DNA from: Polyangiales bacterium
GTDB taxonomy: Bacteria > Myxococcota_A > Polyangia > Polyangiales > Polyangiaceae
Reading direction: 5' to 3'
DNA: 46,431 nt
Assembly: GCA_038230375.1 (NCBI GenBank)
Contig: JBBRNJ010000070.1
Coordinates: forward strand, 1 to 46,431
A model generated the notes under the pieces. That model was not told the origin of the DNA, searched no databases, and worked only from the letters and a program-made list of their open reading frames with translations. Every line of letters starts with the position of its first letter. Position 1 is the first letter of the stretch. The position numbers and the translations under genes are program-made. Positions 39,534 through 46,431 of the stretch are shown here, in pieces.

Positions 39534-40034
39534 TCAGTGGCTCGGCCTCGGGAGACCGAGGCCATTGAGAACACCGACGTAGCTGGCTGGCTGATCCTTT
39601 CGCACCTGTTGGACCGGCATGTTCAGCGTGAGTTGAGCGAAGTCGGCCGACATCGGCATGCCTCGCTCGACCAGGTCCGCCTTGGTTTGAACGACGCTGC
39701 AAACGCGGGTCCTGTGCTTCCAATCGAGCAGGCCCAACATCTCCCGATTTGCGTACATGCGCACATCTTGGGGATCCAGAATCAAAATGATGTCGCTGGC
39801 CCTCTCGAGTAGAGGACTCCAGACCGTGGTTGCCCACACCACCCCAAACACCGTCTCGAAGGTCACGTTTGCGTCGAGCGCAAGCCGCAGGCCAAAACCC
39901 GCGACCAGCTCGTTCGCCACGCTGCGCGCCTCGAATGGCGCCACAGGTTGGCCAAAAGCGGCAGCCAAACCGAGCAGCATGCTGCGCTTGCCTGCCAGCG
40001 GTGGACCGAAGATCAGCAACCGACGCTCTGACAT
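39534..40034 (-). CDS. Degenerate MglA-like small GTPase
   Basis: G1 GPPLAGKRS; TVFG (MglA TVPG); LILDPQDVRMYANREML (MglA FVADSQxxRMEANxESL); G4 TKAD. Confidence 0.65.
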   Translation of the reverse strand: MSERRLLIFGPPLAGKRSMLLGLAAAFGQPVAPFEARSVANELVAGFGLRLALDANVTFETVFGVVWATTVWSPLLERASDIILILDPQDVRMYANREMLGLLDWKHRTRVCSVVQTKADLVERGMPMSADFAQLTLNMPVQQVRKDQPASYVGVLNGLGLPRPSH

Positions 40035-40123
40035 GACGCCAGACTATCGGCTGGGCTCGACGCCCGCATCTGCTCCTTCCCCAGCTACTCGTTCTTGCGC
40101 TATCGCCACCGGGAGGCGCCGTC

Positions 40124-41551
40124 CTACTTGAGCGTGCACATGGTGATGTCGACGGCGTTGAACGTGCCGCCAAGGCCCACGTCCACGCCGCCGGTGCAGA
40201 CGTTCTTGTTGTCGCTCACCGACATGGCGTTTGCGGAGCAGTCCACGCCGCTGAACGTGTTGCCCTGCGCGTTGAGCGTCTGCACCGTGACCAGTGCGCC
40301 GTTGTCGAAGCAAAGACCCGCGTTGGTGTTCGCGTTTGCCGCTAGCCCCTGGAGCACGTTCTTTCCGTCCTTGTTCTTGCCCAGATCCACCTTCGCCGGG
40401 CTCACGCCCGCGAGCCCGCCTGGAGCCTTGGCCACGTGGACGCCGCTTCCGCCGTTCTTCAGGGTCTGGGATTTCCGCAGGACCAACGTGGACGTGTCGT
40501 AGACGGAGATGCCGTCGCCCGCGTTGCCGAACGCAACCAGGCCTGAGACCGCGCTCCCGCCGGTAGCGCCTTCGACCAGCAGACCCTCGGTGCCGTTCGC
40601 GTTCGCGAGCACCGTGCCGGTCCCGTCCGATGGGCCCGGGACTCCGTCGATCTTGAGCGTGGCCGCGCCCTTCACGTCGATGCCGGCGTTGACGTTCGCG
40701 TTGAACGCCACGCCGCCCGAACCGGCAGCAGCCCCCACGGCCGCTTGACCCGTACCGGCAACCATGAGGCCCACGGAGTTCCCCGTCACGTGCACGCCCT
40801 TCGTCCCGGCACCGATGGTCACAATGCCTGTATCATGCACGTAAATGCCGGCAGTGGTGAACCCGGAGACATCAAGGTCGGTGAGCACCGTGGAGCTGGC
40901 GCTGCCGGTGCCCACGCTGACGCCATATGCGGAGGTGTTCGCGCCCACGAGCGTGAGATTGGCGAGCCCCGAGGTGGGCGAAGCGAGCTGGAACGCGTCG
41001 CTCGCTCCAGGCGCCACGGTGACCTTGCCTCCCGCGCCCACGACCACCACGTTCGCCGGAATGACGAGCGGGAAGGTCTCGCCCGTCTGCACGGTGGACG
41101 GACCGATGACGATGATCTTCGTCCCCGCCGCTGGCGACGCGCCGACATAGGCGAGCGCCGCCGTGATCGTCTTCAGCGCGCACGCAGCAGAGTACGCTTG
41201 GCCCACGTACCCGCCGGGCGTCATGGCCGTGTCGGCACCGTTGTTCGGATCGACGTACACCTCGCCCTTCTGTACGGGATCGCAGCCGCCATCTGGATTG
41301 GTCACGCGCTGAGCGTCGCGCCCCGCGTCGATCGCGCCATCGTTGCCGGAGGAACCACCGCTGTCCATCGCGTTGGACTTGCTGCCATCCGCGGAGCCGT
41401 CGGCCCCGCCACCGTCCGCGTCGCCGTTCGGGATCGTCGCGGTGGTGGCATCGTCACCACCACAAGCGCCGAGGACCGCGCCCACGCCACCAACACCAGT
41501 GAGCGAGAGAGCAACGAGAGCAAGACGATTCCTTCGACCAATGAAGCTCAT
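40124..41551 (-). CDS. DUF1565/right-handed beta-helix lipoprotein
   Basis: AGGAG RBS, lipobox LGAC, VYVDP, LKTITAAL, GETFPL, repeated NxxxGI/GV beta-helix turns. Confidence 0.8.
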   Translation of the reverse strand: MSFIGRRNRLALVALSLTGVGGVGAVLGACGGDDATTATIPNGDADGGGADGSADGSKSNAMDSGGSSGNDGAIDAGRDAQRVTNPDGGCDPVQKGEVYVDPNNGADTAMTPGGYVGQAYSAACALKTITAALAYVGASPAAGTKIIVIGPSTVQTGETFPLVIPANVVVVGAGGKVTVAPGASDAFQLASPTSGLANLTLVGANTSAYGVSVGTGSASSTVLTDLDVSGFTTAGIYVHDTGIVTIGAGTKGVHVTGNSVGLMVAGTGQAAVGAAAGSGGVAFNANVNAGIDVKGAATLKIDGVPGPSDGTGTVLANANGTEGLLVEGATGGSAVSGLVAFGNAGDGISVYDTSTLVLRKSQTLKNGGSGVHVAKAPGGLAGVSPAKVDLGKNKDGKNVLQGLAANANTNAGLCFDNGALVTVQTLNAQGNTFSGVDCSANAMSVSDNKNVCTGGVDVGLGGTFNAVDITMCTLK

Positions 41552-41860
41552 TGAGATTTCTCCTGAGAAAGCTGGCGCGTGCATGAAGCTCCGCCGCCGC
41601 TACCTCGAGATCCCAGGTGCCCCCACGCCGAAACGAGCAGACAGGTGCCCCACACTTTTGTGTGCATCTGTGCGCGCGAAATTTGTCGGCGTGGCCGCGG
41701 CCCGCAACCCAACGGCAGAAGCCGTGGCGGTTTTCGTCGAGAGCGAGCGATGGGCGCGTTTTCGCCCGAGGACGGAGCGGAGCGGCCTACTGGCCGTGAG
41801 CACCGCCCGCAGGGCAAAACGCGTCCAGCGCGAAGCTATCGGCGAAAAACGCCGCGGCTT

Positions 41861-42931
41861 CTAGTGGCCGCCGTGGGGGTCGCCACCGGGCATTCCGGGC
41901 ATCTGCATACCGGGCGGCAGCTGCATTCCAGGGGGCATTCCGCCCATGCCGGGCGGTCCCTTGTCCTTCGGCGCGCCGCCGTCCACGGGCTGCTGGAACT
42001 TGGTGCCGTCGTTGGTCGCAAAGTCGGCGATGAAGTTGGAGACCACGAACACGGTGTCCGTTCCATCCTTCTGCGCGAAGTGGTTTGCGCCCGGACCGGT
42101 CTTGCCGACCTTGAGGGTGTACTTGCCCGCGCCGTCCTTCAGCTGGAACGTGATGGTGCCTTCGGGAGCGTCGAGCCCCGTGTCCGCCGTGGTCTTGCCG
42201 TCGCCGAAGTCGTCCGCGTTGAGCGACTTGTAGGAGCGCAGCATGTCCTTCAGCTTCTCCTGATCGAAGCGCTCGAAGGCCTTGCCCTTCTGCGTGGCGG
42301 ACCACTTCTCGCCGTCCCTGGTGAACGAGAACGGACCGGACTTGTTCTCGATCATGACCTGGTTCACGTTCGCGTCGTCGAAGCGGAGGATCTCCGTGTC
42401 GCGCCAGCCCTTGAGCTCGCGCGTGTACACGAAGGCCGAGTAGCCGGTGGCCGCGTAGACGGAGGGCTTGCCGTCCACCATGACGAGCTGCCCGCGCGCG
42501 CCGGACTTGCCGAACGTCACGTCGAGCTTCTTGTCAGCGCCCTTCCAGGCAACCAGGTGCACGCCCTTCTCTGCGTCGAGCTGGTAGTCCTTCTTGTCGG
42601 CGTCGGTGACCTGCGAGAACAGCTGCTCCTTGGTCTTCAGCTCCTTCAAGCTGTCGATCATCGCCTTCACGCTCGCCTGGCTGGCGGGCGCCTCGAGCGG
42701 CTTCGTGACGACCCACTTGTCGCCCTTCTTCTCCAGGGTGACGTCGCCCTTGTCGCCGTTCTTGATCTGGAACTTGTCCAGGTCGTCGGAGCCCTTGATC
42801 TCGGGAAGGTCCGCGGAGGTCGTCTCCGTGATCTTCCCGATGTTCTGGTCCTTCTTGACCTGCAAGTAGACGAGCCCACCAAGCGCGGCGAGCACCACCA
42901 CACCAACAAGAATCTGTTTATCGCGCGTCAT
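41861..42931 (-). CDS. DUF4340-domain protein
   Basis: N-terminal TM, two internal repeats, WRDTEIL; last gene of the Gld-like ABC operon. Confidence 0.82.
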   Translation of the reverse strand: MTRDKQILVGVVVLAALGGLVYLQVKKDQNIGKITETTSADLPEIKGSDDLDKFQIKNGDKGDVTLEKKGDKWVVTKPLEAPASQASVKAMIDSLKELKTKEQLFSQVTDADKKDYQLDAEKGVHLVAWKGADKKLDVTFGKSGARGQLVMVDGKPSVYAATGYSAFVYTRELKGWRDTEILRFDDANVNQVMIENKSGPFSFTRDGEKWSATQKGKAFERFDQEKLKDMLRSYKSLNADDFGDGKTTADTGLDAPEGTITFQLKDGAGKYTLKVGKTGPGANHFAQKDGTDTVFVVSNFIADFATNDGTKFQQPVDGGAPKDKGPPGMGGMPPGMQLPPGMQMPGMPGGDPHGGH

Positions 42932-42961
42932 TTTAATACCGATTTGGTGTGTTCACAGGGC

Positions 42962-44794
42962 TCAGGCGAGGCTCACTTTTTGGCGGGATGACATTCGCAT
43001 CTGCCAGCGGATCAGCCCGTAGAGAACGAAGAGGAGCGGAAGGCCCAGGATGAGGACGATCTCGATCCACACCTGCGTGCGGTGGCGGATCCCTTTCGCC
43101 TCTTCGTCGCGCTTCTTCGCGGCTTCTTCGTCGTCTGCCATGCCCGGCTTCTCGACCTGACCGTAGGAGAGCGTCGGCTCGGCGAGGATCTTCGCGGACA
43201 CCGCGAGGAGGTCCACGTCGCCCGTGATCCAGTCGAGCGTGTTCTTGAACGACAGGATGGTCGTGGTGAGCACGAGCTGCGCGTACGGCATGGCGAGCTG
43301 CTGGAGCTGCTCGTCGCCGCCCATCGGAGGCATGCCCATCTGTCCGCCCATCTCCTGGCCGGCGCCCGCGCGTGCGAGCGGGTTGGCAAGGAACTGCGAG
43401 GACGACACCACGAGGATGCGCGCCGGTGCCTTGCTCTTCTCGGGCGCTTCCACGCCCAGCTTGTCGCCCGTGAGGAACGCGCTCTTCAGCGGGCCCTCGA
43501 CGGTGGCGCCGATGCCGAACTGCTCCCACGTGCCCTTCGGCTTCCAGGCGCGGAACGGCTTCAGGTCGACCTTGTCGCCCTTCTCCGTGATCGCGTACTG
43601 CGTGCTACGGGCGATGATCTTCATCTTGTCCGCGGCGACCTCGGGCTGCTTCGTGCGATCGAGCTCGAGCGACGAAGCGAACGGCCAGATGACCTGCGGA
43701 ACGCGGAAGAACGAGGGGAACGCCGTGTCGAGGCGCTTCTCTTCGCCTTCGTAACGGCTGTCGTCTTCCACGTTGATGAACTGCGGGAAGAGCGCGGTCG
43801 CCGGCATGCCCGTCTGGGTCATGACGCCAACACGGAAGCTGCGGCCAAAGTCGAGGACGACGTCCTTGTGGACCTTGATGCCGTACCCCTCGAGCAGCTT
43901 GTCGAGCCCGTGGTTGTTCAGCTCCGCATTCATGGTCGCGTCGCTTGCCTTCACGTTGACCGCCGAGGCGAACACCGCAAGGCTCTTGCCCTTCATCACG
44001 AACTGGTCGATTCGGCGGAGCTCCTTCTCGGAGATGTCCTTGCCCGGCTGCGTGATGATGAGGCCGTCGAGCGTGTCGTCGATCTCCGCCTCGCCGCCTT
44101 TCAGGTCCACGTCCTGGAACTGATAGAAGGTGAAGTTCTGCGAGATGATCGGCTGGATCGCGTAGCGACCGGCGTTCGGCGGCGCAAGGTTCGCGTCCGT
44201 CAGCTTGATCTCGTCGTGCCCCTGGAGCACGCCGATCTTGTGCTTGATGCCTTCCGCTTTGTCGCGGACCTCACGAATCTTGTTCGTGATCCAGAACTCC
44301 AGGCCGTCGGTCTGGCCCGGCGGGAGGAACTTGATCGCGTCGCGCTCCGTCCCGTAGTTGAAGACCAGGCCCATGTAGCCCTTCGTGGCCTCGAGCTTGT
44401 CTTCGTCCTGGTTCGTGTCGGCGAACGACTGAGCGACCAGGCCGGCGTCCTTCGCCGTCTCCTTGTCCTTCTCTTCCTTCGCTTCGATGATCCGGAACTC
44501 GAACTTGCCGTCGCTGTTGGCCTGGTACTCCTGCAGGAGATCGCGAAGGTCGCGAACGAATGCATCGAGCTTGGGCAGGCCCTTGGTGACGTACGCGTCA
44601 ACCTTGATCTTGTCCTTCTTGAGGGACTTGACCAGGTTCGCGCTGCCACGGGACAGCGTGTATTTCTCGGCGTGCGTGGTGTCGATGCGCTTGTAGCCAC
44701 CGATCGCGGAGAGTGCGTTCACCGCGACGAGGATCGCCGCGATGACCAGGAGGAGGACGCCGCTTTCGGTCGCCGCTTTGGTTCTGCGTTCCAT
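42962..44794 (-). CDS. GldG-family ABC-associated auxiliary protein
   Basis: RIDTTHAEKYTLS, DLLQEY, YMGLVFNY, GHDE, IDQFVMKG; TM helices at both ends. Confidence 0.88.
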   Translation of the reverse strand: MERRTKAATESGVLLLVIAAILVAVNALSAIGGYKRIDTTHAEKYTLSRGSANLVKSLKKDKIKVDAYVTKGLPKLDAFVRDLRDLLQEYQANSDGKFEFRIIEAKEEKDKETAKDAGLVAQSFADTNQDEDKLEATKGYMGLVFNYGTERDAIKFLPPGQTDGLEFWITNKIREVRDKAEGIKHKIGVLQGHDEIKLTDANLAPPNAGRYAIQPIISQNFTFYQFQDVDLKGGEAEIDDTLDGLIITQPGKDISEKELRRIDQFVMKGKSLAVFASAVNVKASDATMNAELNNHGLDKLLEGYGIKVHKDVVLDFGRSFRVGVMTQTGMPATALFPQFINVEDDSRYEGEEKRLDTAFPSFFRVPQVIWPFASSLELDRTKQPEVAADKMKIIARSTQYAITEKGDKVDLKPFRAWKPKGTWEQFGIGATVEGPLKSAFLTGDKLGVEAPEKSKAPARILVVSSSQFLANPLARAGAGQEMGGQMGMPPMGGDEQLQQLAMPYAQLVLTTTILSFKNTLDWITGDVDLLAVSAKILAEPTLSYGQVEKPGMADDEEAAKKRDEEAKGIRHRTQVWIEIVLILGLPLLFVLYGLIRWQMRMSSRQKVSLA

Positions 44795-44803
44795 GATTTT
44801 CCT

Positions 44804-45814
44804 CTATGCCCACTTCCTGCTCTCGAGCGTACGGAAGCTCACGAGCAGCGAAAGGATTGTGACGGACAGGAAGTACACCACTGCGCGCGAGTCGATGACG
44901 CCGCGGGTGAAGGGCTCGATGCGCGACTGGAAGCTGAAGAACGAGATGACGTCTCCAGGCCAGCCGGGCAGGTACTGCACGACCTCGCCCACGTAGTAGA
45001 GGGCCGCGAGGCCCGCCGCCGTGAGGAAGAAGGAGAGGATCTGGCTCTCGGTGAAGCCGCTCATCATGAGGCCAACGCCGACGCCGGCGCCTGACATGAG
45101 CAGCATGCCGAGCATGGCGCTCCAGAACGGACCCCAGTCGAGGACGCCCAGGTGCCACGGCCACACGAACATGACGATCGGGTAGATGCCCAGCAGGACG
45201 ATCTGGAAGAAGAGCATCCCGTACGCGCCGATGAACTTGCCGAGGATGACCTCGCTGTCGCGGACCGGGAGCGTGATGAGGAGCTCCATGGTGCCAAGGC
45301 GCTTCTCCTCGGAGAGGGCCCGCATGGTGAAGAGCGGGATCGTGAGGAAGCAGAGGACGCCAGGCGCAAACTGGAACAGGCGCGCCATGCTCGCGCGCTC
45401 GATCTGCCAGACACCGCCCTGGAACAGGAAGAAGTGAACGCCGAAGCCGCCAAGGCTCAGGCTGATGACGATGTATGCGAGCGCGGAGTTGAAGTAGCTG
45501 CCGAGCTCGCGCTTCGCGATCGTGAGGACGTTGCGCGTGAACGTGGCCGCAGGGCTGCGCTCCACGCGGAGACCGCTGCGGGGCTTCGCTGCAAGCGCGG
45601 CGTCGTCGTCCTTGCGTGACGGCTTGGCCTTCGCTTTGTCGTCGTCGTCGTCGTCGCCTTCGTCGTCCGAGTCTTCGGACTCCTCTTGCTCTTCGGACTC
45701 TTCCTCTTCGTCGTCCTTGGAAGACGCCTTCTTGTCGTCGGCGTCTTCGCCGTTCTTCGAGGCCTTCTTCTTCTCTTCAAGATCGCGATCTTTGTCTGTC
45801 GTGGTCTCGCTCAT
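44804..45814 (-). CDS. GldF-like ABC-2 permease with acidic N-terminal extension
   Basis: KRELGSYFNSALAY, PLFTMRALSEEKRLGTMELLITLP, ILGKF. Confidence 0.9.
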   Translation of the reverse strand: MSETTTDKDRDLEEKKKASKNGEDADDKKASSKDDEEEESEEQEESEDSDDEGDDDDDDKAKAKPSRKDDDAALAAKPRSGLRVERSPAATFTRNVLTIAKRELGSYFNSALAYIVISLSLGGFGVHFFLFQGGVWQIERASMARLFQFAPGVLCFLTIPLFTMRALSEEKRLGTMELLITLPVRDSEVILGKFIGAYGMLFFQIVLLGIYPIVMFVWPWHLGVLDWGPFWSAMLGMLLMSGAGVGVGLMMSGFTESQILSFFLTAAGLAALYYVGEVVQYLPGWPGDVISFFSFQSRIEPFTRGVIDSRAVVYFLSVTILSLLVSFRTLESRKWA

Positions 45815-46431
45815 GACTTCGCCTCGTCGCCTTCTTCGTCGCTGTCGTCGTCATCGGAATCGGTGTCCTCTTCGGACTCCGTCTCCTCCGAGGCCTCTTC
45901 CTCATCCGCGTCATCCGCGGGTGCGCCGATGGTTCGGTTGCGGCGCTCGTCGCCGATGGTGAGGTGACGGAAGACATCTTCCAGGGTCTGCGTGTCGCGG
46001 TGTAGCTCGAGAAGGACCCAGCCCTTGTCGGCGACGGCGCGGAACACCTCGGGGCGGAGGTCGGCGTCCTGCTCGCTCGCGAGCTCGAACGCGTGCGCGC
46101 GCTCGTCGGTGGGGAGCTCGGTGACCTTCCGGACGCCGGGGACCTTGGAGAGCAGATCGGAGACCTCTGCGTTGGACGCGGGGAGCGTCTTGCCACGATA
46201 GGCAGAGCCGGCCGCGGACTCCTGCACGGAGACCACGTAGCGGACGTTGCCGCTCTTCGCGCGGATCTCGTCAAGAGGTCCGTCGGCAACGACGCGGCCA
46301 CGCGAAACGATGATCGCGCGTGCGCAGGCGCTCTCGACTTCCTTCAGGTTGTGGGTGGAGAGCATGACCGTGCGCTCCTTGCCGATCTGCTTCAGGTAGT
46401 CGAGGAACTCGGCCTTCTCGTTCGGGTCGAG
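45811..46431 (-). CDS. GldA-like ABC ATP-binding protein, 5'-truncated by the window edge
   Basis: D-loop LDP at the edge, H-loop MLSTHNLKEVE, TLEDVFRHLT; ATGA overlap with the permease. Confidence 0.9.
   Translation of the reverse strand, partial: LDPNEKAEFLDYLKQIGKERTVMLSTHNLKEVESACARAIIVSRGRVVADGPLDEIRAKSGNVRYVVSVQESAAGSAYRGKTLPASNAEVSDLLSKVPGVRKVTELPTDERAHAFELASEQDADLRPEVFRAVADKGWVLLELHRDTQTLEDVFRHLTIGDERRNRTIGAPADDADEEEASEETESEEDTDSDDDDSDEEGDEAKS

Overview
High-GC bacterial chromosome segment. The gene content (many Cys-lipoproteins, an IgGFc-binding protein, a HEAT-cyclophilin, an RpoH-like sigma factor, an MglA-like GTPase) suggests a myxobacterium (inference). About 40 CDSs can be supported, mostly housekeeping or envelope genes: coaX, FecCD permease, TIGR03960 radical SAM, queE, fbp, fbaB, yjbQ, Leu/Phe/Val dehydrogenase, adenylate cyclase and a GldA/F/G-DUF4340 ABC operon. 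No rRNA, tRNA, CRISPR array, integrase or transposase was recognised. Two accessory modules stand out. (1) A translationally coupled pair of Pol-beta-superfamily (RlaP/YcgL-like) nucleotidyltransferases is tightly bracketed by same-orientation CGACYY hexamer arrays (24 and 21 units) and lies between the divergent fbp and fbaB genes. (2) A compositionally atypical three-gene operon (P-loop ATPase, probable degenerate ATPase-like partner, HPxxHxH DUF2290-like protein) converges on a macrodomain gene and is a candidate anti-phage system. Also notable are an orphan degenerate MglA-like GTPase, three sigma54-type promoters, and a recurrent TANNNT-N6-9-start pattern suggesting leaderless mRNAs. All family calls come from motif recognition by eye; no searches were run.
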